Below are positions 1-13,344 of a DNA stretch of 64,000 bases, one piece after another. Positions within the stretch are counted from its first letter, which is position 1. Each line of letters starts with the position of its first letter. Source of the stretch: Rhodosorus marinus CCMP1338. Lineage: Eukaryota > Plantae > Rhodophyta. A model generated the notes under the pieces. That model ran no database searches and had not been told where the DNA came from. It saw only the letters and a program-made list of their open reading frames with translations. The translations under genes and the position numbers were made by a program. The stretch covers positions 620,001-684,000 of the forward strand of contig JAMWBK010000002.1 in assembly GCA_029953675.1 (NCBI GenBank), given 5' to 3'.

Positions 1-742
1 ACAGGGTTCGGTGAGGCGCTCTCAATCATCGCCAGAACCGTTCTTCTCCACAGACTGCGGTATCCGAGTGAAAGCTACCTGTTCAACGAAGTCAGCAGAC
101 CATCAAGCTTAGCCGTTCCAAGATTCTGAAGAGTCCACATCGAGCGAGATTCTAGTGCACTAGTAAAATTCCATTGTATACTAACATACCTTGTCGTACT
201 AAGAAAAGACCATCTCCGATCGCTTGATCGGTTGAGAGATGGATGTGACTCTCTGAACTCTAGTGAAACAGTTCCTACATAGTTCACTGGTCTAATAGAG
301 TGCGTGTGTCAGCATGGATGAACCATTTATCGGGATAGAAACCTCTAAACCCCGAGGGCTTTTGTCCATTCCTGGTCTTCTCGGTCGCCCCCCTTTGGCA
401 CCCACTGGTGGAGATGACGGCCTCAAGACAGAACGTGTCAATATTTTCCGTTCTAGAAGAGAAAAAAGCTTCTCTCATAATGAGTTCTCTCGGGTAGACT
501 TAATTTGCATTATCGTGACTCGAGTTTGAGCCTTCCATGGATCCCGACAAAGTGCAAGCATCGCAAGGCCTTGGAGGGGAGCAATTTCGCCAGGTCGAGG
601 GAGGTCAGTCGGTGTTGCTAAGGTGTTTGAAGAGATTCATGGTTTGATGACGTGGGTTTAAGAAGTCTAAGTTTGTATAAGTGGAAGGTTTGTTTATTCT
701 GCGGATGTGAACTTCGTAAGGGTTTGTTTTTAGTGAGGCACG

Positions 743-1027
743 ATGAATCAGTTGCTAGTTCAAGTTGGATCCGGGTTGTTTGGTTCGGTGGGGAGGGTGA
801 CGACGGCGGGGGTTTTGGGTGGGGTTAGGGAGATGAAAGTTGTGTCGGCGTTGGAAAAGAGGTGTCAGAGCTGTCGGATCGTTAGGAGAGGGAGAGCTCT
901 GTACAATCTATGTGATGACAGGAGGAGGCACAATCAAAGACAAGGCCGCCTGGGAAAGAGAAACCTTCCTCACCAAAGTGCCAGGGCGAAGGAGAGGCCA
1001 ACTTTCGGGAGGTGGAGACGGTGGTAA
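743..1027 (+). CDS. RPL36: Organellar (probably mitochondrial) ribosomal protein bL36 with N-terminal presequence
   Basis: MKVVSALEKRCQSCRIVRRGRALYNLCDDRRRHNQRQG is the bL36 Zn-ribbon signature (C,C,C,H retained); preceded by about 30 aa resembling a presequence. Confidence 0.9.
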   Translation: MNQLLVQVGSGLFGSVGRVTTAGVLGGVREMKVVSALEKRCQSCRIVRRGRALYNLCDDRRRHNQRQGRLGKRNLPHQSARAKERPTFGRWRRW

Positions 1028-1311
1028 GTGATGTACCAAGGCACTTGAGCAGTTGTCAGCAAGATATTTTGACTTTTTTTTTCTAATTATGTGGGTGGTA
1101 AAAAGTACATGGTGTATTGTTCTATAATTTGGCACATGGGATCTGGATCGCTGTTAGTTTCTTGCTAAGATGAGCGCCCCCGTCCCTTACGGAGTGCTTT
1201 GATGCATATCGTAATATGTTCAAGCGCAAAAAAAATTGCGGATTGCTGTCCTTAACCTTCGTTCGCTATTTGAGCACGTGGTACCGCAGTTTCCCTCGCT
1301 AGATGTCACTC

Positions 1312-4300
1312 TCAATTCTTCCGAAGCTCCTCCATTTTTTGTTGGTGCTCTTCCGCAACGCGGGCAACGGTATTTCTTGGTGCGCCTCGATGTTCCAAGT
1401 ATTCCATTGCAAACTCTCCCTTGCCCTGGGTTAGAGATCTAAGCTCGGTGGAGAATCCAAACATATCTCCAAGAGGAACTTCCATATCCATGACAATGTT
1501 TTCGTCGATTGATGTTGAGTTCATTACAACCTATTGCCCAGCACAACAAGTCACATTTGCACGGTAAGCCCTTCCCATGGTTTGTTCAAAGGAAAATTTC
1601 TTTAGATTTCAAACCTCACCCCTCTCCTCTTGCTCAAAGCGCCGATCACTTGTCCCTGAAACTCTCCCGGGATTTGTACCTGCATATTCATGATTGGCTC
1701 TAGCAAAGAAGGTGCCGCCTTGAGAAAGGCTTCCTTGAATGCATGTCTCGTAGCTGCCTTGAAAGCAATTTCACTGCTGTCGACGAGATGTGACCTTCCG
1801 TCCATGAGAACCTGACAGCCATAACCCGAAAAGCGATTAGCACAAGCTTGAGAGTTCTGGTCGTCGCGCTCGATTGTGCATCATTCAGTTCTGTGTAAAC
1901 CTACAAATCGAACCCCTTCAATTGCGCATCCCGCAAGCGGGCCTTCCCTAAGACCTTCCTGGAACCCTTTCTCGATTGCGGGATAAAACTGAGAGGGAAT
2001 GTTCGTTCCCGTGCACCGGTTGTCGAATATGTTCTCTCTGCTCCCGTCCCCGACGGGTTCGATGAATCCCGAAACGCCTGCGAATTGACCGGATCCGCCG
2101 GTCTGCTTCTTAAGGAGGTGCTCAAAGTTCGCCTTCCGGAGAATATTTTCCTTGTAGTTCACCTATAAAATGAACACGATCGATCCAATGTATGAGTTCT
2201 TCTTGCATGCGAAGTGGCCAACGTCTTCTCGCTTTGCTTACCCGGGGCTTTCCCGTCTCAACCGGACAGTGGTACTCACGCTTCATTCGTTCTACGTAGA
2301 TTTCGAGGTGGAGCTCTCCCATTCCGCTAATGACTCGGTCACCTGTATCCTGGTCAACCTCGAAGTGAAACGTTGGGTCTTCCCTTGTAAAGCGAGCGAT
2401 TGCTTTCGAGAACGACCCAGTATCTGTCTTCATCGGTTTCACGGCGAGGCTGATGACGGGCTCCGGAACGTGCAGCGACTCCATCGACAATTTCTGAACA
2501 GCATAGGGAGAAAACTGGAATCAGGTACTTCGCCCTTGATTGCCAAGGAACACTACCATATTGCTCCTGACGCTTACCGAAGCCTGATTTGGATTGGTGA
2601 ACGTGTCTCCACTCGCACAGTCCACTCCAAACAGTGCACAGATCTCCCCGGCTCCTGCCTTCTTCAGATCCTCCATGTCCTCGGCGTTTGTGCGAACCAG
2701 TCGGGGGATCTTGATCTTCTTGTCGTTTCGTGTGTTGAGCAGAACATCTCCTTTCGAAATTGATCCCTGGGTGATTTGAGCAACTTATGTCAGCAGAATG
2801 CTGATATCTTTGCTTTGAATATCCGATTAAACTTCCTCGGCAAAGATTACCTGGTAAACCCGGACATAAGTGAGCTGTCCGAACTTCTTATCCTCCAACT
2901 TGAACGCAAGCGCAATGGTCGGTTCTCGGTCGTCAGTCTTCACCAGAAGTTTTTCTTCTCCGATGCCGTCAGCTGCAGGCTTTATCGCATAGTTCTGAGC
3001 TTCCGTTGGACTGGGCAAGTACGCACAGACGCCATCGAGAAGCGGCTGCACGCCTTTGTTCTTAAGGGCTGAGCCGAGGAGTACCTGGATACGAATCCGT
3101 AACACGTTGGCGTTTACATCTTAGATCGTCCGTCCCAACGTGGTATTGACAGTTCAATTGGGGAGGCACTTACTGGTGTGAATGTCCGTGCGATCGTGGT
3201 CTTCCTGATAGCCTCGTAGAGATCTTTTTCTGATATTCTGGCCTCCTCCAAGTACTTGTCTCCAATGTAGTCGTCAACATCCGCCAGCTTTTCAATAAGC
3301 TCGATTCGCTTAGACTCCATCTGGTCCACGAGCTCGGGTGGACATTCAGCAGTCCTCAGGATGTGGCCATGTGCTCCCTCGAAATAGATTGCTTCCTGTT
3401 TTATCGAAGAAGTTCATCAAACTTCAGCAGTCCATGAAGGCGAGTAACCTGAAATCTCATTGAACGATTCAAGTACCCTGGTGATTAGATCTACAACGCC
3501 CTCGTGGTCGTCCTCCAGCCCGATTGGAATCTGCGTGGCTGCGCAGTTGTTCCTCAGCTTGGTTCGAATCTGCAGAGTTTGTGAACGGCTATCAGCAGCT
3601 TCTCTCACTTATTGGTTAGAAAGAAGAGTAATTCTCACCTGCTCGATAATGCGCCATGGATTTGCCCCCCGGCGGTCAAGTTTGTTAATAAACGTCAGCC
3701 TGGGTACATCATAGCGTTTCATTTGGCGATCGACGGTAATGCTCTGACTTTGAACTCCACTAACACCGCATAGAACCATCACAGCGCCATCCAGCACCTT
3801 CAGAGCTCGCTCTACCTCGATCGTGAAATCGACATGCCCTAATCCAAGACAAGCAACCGTCAAGTAGAGTGTTTCAGATGAATTCCTGCTCACTCGGTCT
3901 AACCGCACCTTGGACGTTCCCTACCTGGTGTATCGATTAGGTTGAAGCCAAAATTGTTCCACTTCGTGTGAGTAGCAGCGGACTGTATGGTGATTCCCTT
4001 TTCTCTCTCAAGTTCCATGAAATCCATTTTCGCTCCAACGCCATCTTTCCCCTTTACTTCATGGATCGACTTGATCCTCCCAGTGTAAAACAACACCCTC
4101 TCTGTGAGCGTCGTCTTACCACTGTCAATATGTGCGGAGATTCCAAAGTTTCTCAGGTACTTCAAACGATTCTGAAACGCGGCGGACTCGGATGAGTATC
4201 CATTCGATGAGTCGCTTCCTTCAATCGTAGCCGAGATGCATGCGGGATATTCAACCTCTCGCTCCGCCAAAGTCGATGCTCTCCGAGTTCGAAGCATACC

Positions 4301-4538
4301 AGCAAGTTTGCTCCCCCCAAAGCTCGTCTGGCTGGAGCCGGACTTTGTGAAAACCTGCAAACTCATTGCATTAAAAGCCGTCCGGCAAGATCCCCCTCCC
4401 TTTTCCAAAACCCTCCTCCTCGACGCAAATCGTCAATGGATCTGGATCTGGATCCGCCTTCTCTCCACAAGCTCGCGCAAGCATTCGCCCTTACCCTCGC
4501 ACCTGACTTGCTCGATTGCGCAAAGGTCTCTTAAACAT
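1312..4538 (-). CDS. GFM1: Mitochondrial elongation factor G (multi-exon)
   Basis: Exons encode [19 protein letters not shown] (G1), ERGITIQSA-like [15 protein letters not shown]|[78 protein letters not shown] at 4538 inferred through a phase-2 intron giving an Arg-rich presequence. Confidence 0.95.
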
Positions 4539-5193
4539 CCATGTCACGAACGCCACGCCACATGAGACGAGTTTTGTGCGACGTCCTCCTTGAATGCTGT
4601 CGGGGTGGATTTGCACAGATCGAAAGTATGAGCTGCTGTTCTTACAGGAGCTCATGATTTCAGACGCAGTTTCAGTTTGTCATGGTCTGCGAGAGAATGC
4701 AGGCTAATGAACCCGCTTTTCTGTTCGGTTGGAACCTACGAACAAGTCGAAATCTCACAGAGACTATTCTGGGATGTGGATAGCGGATCTGTGACCATGT
4801 CGGAGTAGTTTGAAACATCTAATGCAGTCAATAAATACGTCTGTCTCAAATCTGGAACCTGTAGAATCAGAGAGCCCACCATCAGTTCCACCTGCCGACG
4901 GGTGTTGCGGGAGGGGGGGGGTAGAGGTGTACCGAGGGTCATACAAAAAAAATCGAATGCCGCGTTCCAAAGGAGACGTTGATCTCATCTTGAAAGATTA
5001 GCAACGTATCCGGAGAGTAGATCCCGAAGCAAAAACAGAAGAATTGCTCTATCCCGGCGCCATGGACGCGTCCTCATGACCATTCAATATGCCAACGGCC
5101 GTAAACAAGTTTTTCTTTTTTTATGCAATTAAAGAATTTGACACGTGCTCATAAATAATTGGCTATAAATAATTGAAAGACATGTGTAGATAC

Positions 5194-5740
5194 TTAATTG
5201 GATAAAATAGATGGTATTTTTGATAACATTTCAAATATTTCATTCCGTTTGGCCCGTTGCGCCGCCTGTCCGATGACCCTGTCACTGCCCCGGTCATGGA
5301 CACTATGGGGAGGTTTCTCTGGGTATAGTGCCGAAGCTGAGCCCAAAGCTTTAGCTCTCTCGATGCGGTTTTCTGGATCACGAAGTAGGCACTCCGTGCT
5401 GTCAACACTCAATCTTGTCACGCCAAATTTTCCGCTCTGTACGACTTTGGCGGCGTTCCACACCCGTCGCAAACGGGAGTATCCGCACAGCGTTTTGGAG
5501 AGATTCCCAAGGCTCTCTGATTGAAAACCGGTTTCCGATGAGAAAGTTATTCTGCCTCTGTGCTTGGTTTTCGTTGCAATATCAGAAGATCATATCCCCT
5601 GAAGCTCTCAAGAAACGGTAAACCGTTCGTTCAACAGCTTCGCCTGCCGAGGCGTGAATGCCGGCCGTGGTCAGTTTTAAGCTCCTTCGCAGAGGCTTGA
5701 GAAGTAGTGTGACTGGAAAGAGCAGGAGCATTCGGAGAGA
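5194..5740 (-). CDS. Possible small spliced hypothetical gene divergent from Puf6
   Basis: Open frames 5582-5830 (targeting-peptide-like) and 5194-5530; no recognisable motif; boundaries uncertain. Confidence 0.2.
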
Positions 5741-5796
5741 TAGAGACTGGTTTTGGCTTTGGCAGAGTATGTCGGGGGCGCTTGTTGTACTGAAGA

Positions 5797-7871
5797 ATGG
5801 CTGATACAGAGGAGAGAACTGGTAGAGCAAAGAACCGAAAGGAACGTCGGCAGAGTCTACAGGTAAAGAAAGAAGACAAGAGGAAGCGTGGTCCTAAGAA
5901 GGACGACAAGAAGAGAAAGAGGACAGATTCAAACGAGAAGGATGCCGGAGAGAAGCAGGCGAAAAGTCCAAAGGCCTTGAGGATCGAAACTGCTCAGGAG
6001 GCTAAAAAACTGTGGGAAAAATTGAGAAACAGGAAGGAGAAGGATAAGGGGTCTGATACCGAGCTGGTCGCGAAGATCATTGATGTGTTGCGTGGCGACC
6101 TGAACGGGTTCTCACATCGACATGATACTGCCAGGATTGTTCAGTGGGTTCTAAAATGTGGAAATCGTGAGCAGAGAAGTGAAGTTGTGCAGGGACTTTT
6201 GCCGCACGTTCTGCCCCTCTCCTCTGATCGCTATGGACGTCATGTCGTCATGTCAGCTTTGACCAAGGGGAGAGCCTCCAGAGGAGAGGTCCTAGCTATC
6301 TACGAACGATTTCGAGGCAACGTGTACAGCATGTGTAAAAATAATCTTTCCGCCGAGGTGCTAGATATGTTTTATCAGATGAATACTACATCTGGGCAAA
6401 GAAAAGAGCTATGTATAGAACTCCTCCACGGTGTGAACTTGACCAACACAGGTGCTTCTTGTTTAGCTGTAAGTACAAACCTGCAGGAATGGCTAAGTCT
6501 AGTCTCCAACCTTTTGTGCGCGGTTAGGCAAAGAGGGAAAGCTGCTATCTTCCTTTAGACAGAAGAAAAAGATGGCTTCGTCTCTGGAGGAGGTGATTGC
6601 GGAGGCGGGCCCGGAGTTTGGAAAGCTTCTTTACGATGGAACGAAGACAATTCTTATCGGGTTTGCGGAGAAGGAGGTGCTGAATGGCTTGCTTTCAGCC
6701 ATGAATTGAGCTCTGCATGCGCTTTATGTGGAAGAAGGTTTGAATGCTCAATGAGTCTTGTTCTTGTCCGTTCCCTACAGTCCACTGTGCGGTTGCAGAT
6801 CGTTCACGACGTACTCCACTACTTTCTCATATACGCCTGCGAGCACGACAAAGAGGGCGCGGCTGAAATGGCTGCACTCTACGCCCCGGTGGCAGTTCAT
6901 CTTATCCACACCAAGAACGGGGCCGCCAGTTTCGTTGCGTGCTTGAAACTGTTGGATGCGAAGAATAGGAAGAAACTCATCAAATCTGTTCAAGAGGATA
7001 TTCGTAAGATTTCAGAAGACCCGTATGGTCACCTGACAATTATGGCGTTATATGAACATGTGGACGACACCAAACTTCTTCAGAAAGCTGTTCTCAAACC
7101 CCACATCGGGAAATCAGATTCGGAGGTATGAAACCCTGCATACCGCACGGTTGTCGACGTCCATCTGGAGAAACTGATCAGGCGAGAAAAGCATGGTTTG
7201 TCTTCTTCCGAACAGGAGTTATCAACGCTTTTGCATAGGTATTCGAGCTTGCCGCTGCTCAATCTTTTAGCACCCCATGAAGGGCGTTACTTCAACCCTG
7301 CGAACTATGCGTTCGTGTGGACGGGGGAAACAAAGAGCGTAAAGGACGACAGCAAACGACGACAGGAGCTCGTAGACTTTGCCCTTCCACTACTGATCGA
7401 ATCTGCGCAGAAAAATGCTGTAGAGCTCTTATGTGATCCTGCTGGATCAAAAATCCTCCTCGAACTTGTTGTCAAGGACTCGCCATTGATCGAGGAAAGC
7501 TGGAAAACGGAAATACTGTCGAAAGTAGCGGATGCTCTAACAAAAGAAGTGGAACCAAGCGACGGAGAGGCAGATAGCTCTGGTAAGCCTGGTAGTCACA
7601 CCCCAGATTTTGGTGTTCGTACTTATACGTTCGATAACGATTTTCAGGCACACCGCAGATGCTTGACAGCGCGTCAGCGGTCAGAACCGCGAAGTACTTG
7701 ATCGCCTTGACCAAGGACGAGTCATACTCCCTAGGCGATCTTATACACGCTCGCTTGAAGGGAAATCTGGATCGACTGCAGAACGGCAAAAGCGACTTAA
7801 TCCTAAAGCAGATGTCAAAGATAGAGGGCTCCAAATACTACAAAGAAGCTTTGAGGGCCATGGAGGACTAA
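5797..7871 (+). CDS. PUF6: Puf6/PUM3/APUM24-type Pumilio-repeat (CPL domain) ribosome biogenesis protein, multi-exon
   Basis: Lys-rich N-terminus, then KKLWEKLR, HRHDTARIVQWVLKCG, LSSDRYGRHVV, HLIHTKNGA, EDPYGHL, YLFHDK-like LLNLLAPHEGRYF; GT-AG introns between ORFs. Confidence 0.88.
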
Positions 7872-9420
7872 CTGAAACTATCTAAAAAGTAATACATATT
7901 CAGCTATCTGTAATAGGACTTAAAAAGAACGATGGAACAAGGGCTAAATTCATATGAGAGCATTGAAGTGCTCGGCCACCAGTTTTCACACGTCGTAAAT
8001 CCAAAACACGCACCCTTCAGAGTACCCCGTACTCGTTCCCATGCGAACATCAGTTGGTACCTTGATGTCGCCCAGTTATCGACCGTGCACCCTTCAGCAG
8101 ATGATTCCAATCGGATCTATGATGGGGGATGTTTCTCAGCCTCCTGACCTCGCTTTTCCCCGTCGTTTTCTGATTCTACTACTGTGTCCCAAGGCGCGAT
8201 CATACCGGATGCTTCCACAATTTGGCCCATTTTCGTATCGTTCAATGTTCTGGGTTAGGGAGTCCACAGACGGTCCTACCGGTTCGAGCCTTCGCACTGT
8301 CAGCCTAGTATGCCGATGATACCATAGCCTACATTTTTGTAGAAACGAGTATTTTCTAAGCAACCAAGCAGCAGATTTGAACCCATCGTTTTCATTTTAA
8401 AATTGTAAAAAATTCCAAAAGACACGTGTCGCCCATTACTTCACTAACGCAATTTAAAAAACATTTAAAATATCCCCCGAACAAATCAACGTATTTGAAC
8501 CATTATGACACCCACCCCTCCCCCCCCCCTTTTCCTATTTCTTGAAGTCTGCTTTGTTCTGACAGCTCATTTTTATTTGCTGAACCCTAATATACCAACC
8601 GCCCGATAAGCACATCCTCCCCCTCCGCCCTCAAATATAGAAATTTGCTGGGGCTAGTGTTTTTTTTTCCCCTTCAAGATATTTTGGGGTAACCTGTTAC
8701 TAAAGTTTTAAAGAAAAGGCTTTTATTTTTATTGTTTTAAGAACTAAAAATCAGTATAAACCGAACAGCCAAATGTATTATCGCCACGCGTCTTAGGGTG
8801 GATAACGAGGGCCCCTCCGATTCACACAGGATTGGAGAGTATCCTTCATAAATACGAAGAATTTTCTTGTATACAAAAATAGTAGTGTTTTAAAGAACTT
8901 AGAAGTATCCTTTTTATTTTATATTTCATATCTTAGACGTAGTTAACATATCGAAGTAAGATTTACCCCCTCTGAACCATCCACCGTTTATGGAGCCGCG
9001 TCGATTTCTGGGGGGGGGGCGGTAATTTAGGTGAACTCGTACCCAATAATGCCACTGAGCAAAATGCGTTGTTTTAAAAGCTATGAACACGACAATAATA
9101 TCTATGCTCAAGAAGCTCCATTTATTTACTAAAATGTAATATATTTAGTATCGATAAGTATTGTCATCAAGATTATTTATTTATATACCATATCGTGATG
9201 GGGGGGATAAATTATCCCACCTGAACAAAGTATCGCCGGACGATCTACCGGATAAAACTCTTTCACTTAAAAGTTTGAGGGGGGTATGAAACAGTATGGG
9301 TACGATATTGTATTTTGGAAATTATTGGAGGACTGGTCTTGGATCTGTGTTCCAAAATCCTTTTATTGGATTTTTTCTGTGTGCGGTCGGTGTGGCTGGG
9401 GTTTTGTTTTGGGGAAAGTT

Positions 9421-9504
9421 AGAGAGAGAGAGAGAGGGAGAGTCAGAGAGTCAGAGAGAAAGAGAGAAAGAGAGAGTGAGAAAAGTCAGAGAGCGAGAGA
9501 GAGG
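9421..9504 (+). repeat. Imperfect (GA)n purine-rich microsatellite upstream of FBPase
   Basis: agagagagagagagagggagagtcagagag... visible directly. Confidence 0.8.
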
Positions 9505-9843
9505 GAACAAAAAGGGCCTTGTTTGCGGTGTTGTTTTTTTTGTCTTTTTTTCGTTATCTGGTCTGGAGGTGGGTATAGAGGAGAAATTTATTTTTATTTG
9601 GGGTTGAGTTTTCTGGGGAATGGGTGAACAGGAATTTGAGGAGAGACTTTTAGGGGGTTGTTGATAGATAAGGGAGGGGTTGTGTGTGTGTGAGAGAGGT
9701 GGATCTATATTAGTAGTAGGTTGGGAAGGTTTTGGGGGACCGAGGGTTTCGAGGGGGAGTTGACGGGGAAGAGGGGTTTTTACTTGTTTTGTTTCTTTTG
9801 TTTGTTGTTGTCTTTTGGGCTTTGTTGAGGGGTTGGATCTGAG

Positions 9844-11156
9844 ATGGCTTTAGAGACTAAGCACTCATACATGCCCACTGGGCTGGAAGGAATTGACTCG
9901 TTGACTTTGAGTCGATTTGTGCTGCAGATGCAGCAGATGTCCGCGGAGGCAACGGGGGATTTGACCATTTTGATGAACGCTCTTCAGATTTCGTGTAAAG
10001 TAGTTGAGACATGTGTGCGCAGAGCGGGTATCGCGAAGCTGTATGGTCTGGCCGGCTCCGGAAACGTTCAGGGAGAGGACCAGAAGAAGCTGGATATTAT
10101 CGCAAACGATGCGTTCAAGGAGAATCTCGAGGATTGTGGTAGGGTTTCTGTTATGGTCTCCGAGGAGGACGACGAGGCCATTGTGTGCTCCAAGGCAACC
10201 ACACACAAGTATGCCATCGCTTTCGATCCGTTGGACGGCTCGTCAAACATTGACGCCAACGTTTCAATTGGAACCATTTTCGCAATCTACCGGCTTGACG
10301 ACTCGAGCGTGTCGAAGACACCAGCGGAGGGCGCCAAGGCCATTATGCAGACCGGTAAGCTGGGAATTACGGACATTTGCAGTGTTGCTCGTGGGCGTGT
10401 CTGAGGGATCTTTCGCGCTCTACAATTTTGTCCAGGTCGCAACATTGTCGTTGCTGGTTATGCCATGTACGGGTCGGCTACGAACCTCGTGCTCAGCTTC
10501 GGCGAGGGTGTGCACGGATTCACCCTCGACCCGTCCATCGGTGAATTCGTCCTCACTCATCCAGGCATCCAGATCCCCAAAACAGGAAAGATCTATTCCG
10601 TTAACGAGGGAAACGCCGCCAACTGGGACAAGGCAACGACTAAGTATGTAGAGAACTCCAAATATCCAGAGGTTGGCAAGGCCAAATCCCTTCGGTACGT
10701 TGTTCGGACCAATTCTCTGTTCCAATGAGCTCAAAGAAGGAGCTTGACGAACCACGCTGAGCCTTTGCATGTCTTTGAATTCCCTCAGATACATTGGATC
10801 TATGGTTGCGGACGTCCATCGTACACTGCTGTACGGAGGAATCTTCATGTACCCCGCAGATGCGAAGAGCCCGACTGGAAAGTTGCGCCTTCTCTACGAA
10901 GCTGCACCTATGGCCTACCTGATGGAGGCGGCTGGAGGCAAGGCCACCACCGGAGAAATTGATATTCTTGACATTGTTCCAGATTCTATTCACCAGAGGT
11001 AAGCTACTGACTCACACTAGTGGCTTAGCACGCCATCCAGCTCAAGAGTTGTTTCTCAACCCGTCCCCGTGACCTCCACTCCTCCGTAGAGTACCCGTAT
11101 ACATGGGAAGCTCTGAAGACATTGATGCGATTGTTAGCCTTTACCAAAGCCAATAG
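9844..11156 (+). CDS. FBP: Cytosolic fructose-1,6-bisphosphatase (4 exons)
   Basis: [74 protein letters not shown]; last exon RVPVYMGS ends at TAG 11154-11156; no transit peptide. Confidence 0.96.
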
Positions 11157-11409
11157 CAAGACAAAGAAACTCGATTTATACTAAAATCAACCTGTCTAGA
11201 AACAAAAAGTACTAGTCAGCATGCCCCCCAAGACTATCACTGCCCCCCTATTCCATCGGAACTAGGTTCTGTGGGGTCGTCCACAAGGTAAGCATTGCCA
11301 TCGTGCCGAGGCACGTTCCGCCGGCTGCTGGGTGGTTGAGAAGCAAGCAAGATATTCGAGTTGATTGGGGACTAGGGATCTTATTCCTGGCCAAAAGTTT
11401 GGATTGAGA

Positions 11410-12093
11410 ATGTGCGGTAAGACGCCTAAGAAGAAAGAGGACCGGGCGTCCGAAGAGTATGATATTTACTCCAGACTGCCTTCAATTCTTCGGCCGCCGG
11501 GGTTCCCAAGGGTCGATGAGAAGGAGGAGGGACTAGGTGATCTTCTTTCCAAGCTGCTAGACCGGAAGCAAGGAAGCGCTGAGGCCATTTTGAAATCAAA
11601 GCTACGTGATAAGACCCTCACTCTCCACAATCCGTCGCTGAACTCCGGGAAGGCTGGTGGGGCTGACCGAAAAGGAGCTACGGATAGACGAAGGAAAAGG
11701 CTTCGGTTGAGGATTGGCGGAGTGGCCGATGAAGATCTGACCTTTTCTAATGCGCAGAAGTTGCATGGGCTGTGGAAGAGCTATGCTGAAGAGGCCCTAC
11801 AGGGTGTTGAAACGGAAATCCGATGTGATGACGAGGCAGACTTCGACTTACACGGAGCCTCCTTGAAAATCATCGAGTGTCGAGACCCTGGACTAGTTGG
11901 AGTGGATGGTTTGGTTATCGTTGAAACTGCCAACACGGTCAGGATTATCTCGAAAGATGGTCGGGTACGCACAGTCCCCAAAAGTGGAACCTGCGCACTA
12001 ATGTCACTACCAAACAGATCGCTCCACATAACCATGCGAAACTCACGCCCGCGGCAACGGTCGCAGAAACGAAACAAGTTGCGATCGACGTAG
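11410..12093 (+). CDS. POP4: RNase P/MRP subunit POP4 (Rpp29)
   Basis: LHGLWKSYAEEAL, ADFDLHGASLKIIECRDPGLVGVDGLVIVETANTVRII, VRTVPKSG match the UPF0086/Rpp29 domain. Confidence 0.88.
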   Translation: MCGKTPKKKEDRASEEYDIYSRLPSILRPPGFPRVDEKEEGLGDLLSKLLDRKQGSAEAILKSKLRDKTLTLHNPSLNSGKAGGADRKGATDRRRKRLRLRIGGVADEDLTFSNAQKLHGLWKSYAEEALQGVETEIRCDDEADFDLHGASLKIIECRDPGLVGVDGLVIVETANTVRIISKDGRVRTVPKSGTCALMSLPNRSLHITMRNSRPRQRSQKRNKLRST

Positions 12094-13344
12094 CAGCGGA
12101 TATTTGGAACATGTGATCAAAGAAAACTAGATTCCGCGCATGGCACACACACTGTGGTTGCAAGCGGACTGATTCCCCCTACCCATCAGTCCCAGACTTG
12201 TACATATCAGAATAGACCTCTCAAGCGAGCAAGCTTACTGCGCGAGATGGCCGTGCATGGGCTGCATCGTTGTTTGAATCTCAACCGCTGACTATCTCAT
12301 AGTATTAACTGGTTCCATTCCACAGTAAAAAAGTCGGAACTTCAGCAAAGTAGAGTCGATCTTAAACCGGCCCCATTGCTCCTCAATAGCAAACATGTTT
12401 CCTCATATAACATATCTGTAACGCACAAGCTTGGAGTGAGAGACTAAAATGATCCGCCCAAGGTTCTTCCGGGGCATCCCGTGATACCCTTGGCTTGTGT
12501 GAACGTCAAACTCGAATGTTTGACGATGCCTTGCGACGTTCCCTTGTGGAGAGCGACCTTCCTCTGCTTACCAGTTAGCACTGTGCTTGTCCCAAGCTGC
12601 AGTACTACTTTTGCTGGAGGCTAACCAGCGACAAATAAGCCGCAGGAGACCGTAAGGGGAAGGACAGATTACGATGACTACGCCAAGCACTGCACGAGCG
12701 AAACTTGAACAAGCTGGGAGTCGAACTGCGAAGAAAAGGATATGTATCTTTGGCTCTTCGTTAAGAAGTTCACCAGTTTTATTTTCAGAATACGGAGAAC
12801 ATCGAAAGCTCATCTGACCATTGCCTCCAGACTTACTCGCCATAGTCTCCAGTGAAAGATTCCTTCCTGTGATCGAAGTCTTGATAGTCAACAACGGGGG
12901 AGTCAGCAACAGCAACGAACAGTACTCGACACAGGCAAGCGTAAAACATACGTAGAACGAAGCCCGTTGCTTCGGATCCAACTCGTTTTGAGACGATCCG
13001 TCCACTTCATGCCGAACATCTGTGGAAGATGATTAGTACATCGTACAAAATAGAAATAGACACGCAACCGCGAAAATGTTCGCGTGGAAAGTTTTTCCCG
13101 GGAAACAATGCTTGACGGAAAATGTCTTTAATGGCTGGCGGACGAACGAGTTTTTGTTGATGGTGAAGAGGGAGACTGTCGAAGTCTGTACTGAAGCCGT
13201 TGACTAAGATGAATCTGTTTTCCGGGCCTTTCTTTTAAGTTGGAGTATAAGTTCATCGCCTGTTCGTGAGAGGTGAAAACCGTTGAGCCTCTTCTAAAAA
13301 ACAAAAAGGGAAGAAATTCTGGCCCGTTTTGAGAGGACGACGTG

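Noticed and set aside
2170-2763. Long plus-strand ORFs over EF-G, and similar ORFs opposite FBPase, COG5, NOP56, SNAPC3, PSS and the last gene
   Set aside because: Antisense or alternate-frame shadows of well-supported genes, with no motifs of their own
9286-9627. Glu/Arg-rich ORFs (ERERE)
   Set aside because: Translation of the GA microsatellite upstream of FBPase
12400-13010. Possible small minus-strand spliced gene divergent from the dUTPase (similar fragments at 1-530, 4600-5070, 7900-8360, 17510-18090)
   Set aside because: Splice signals are present, but no phase-consistent recognisable protein was found
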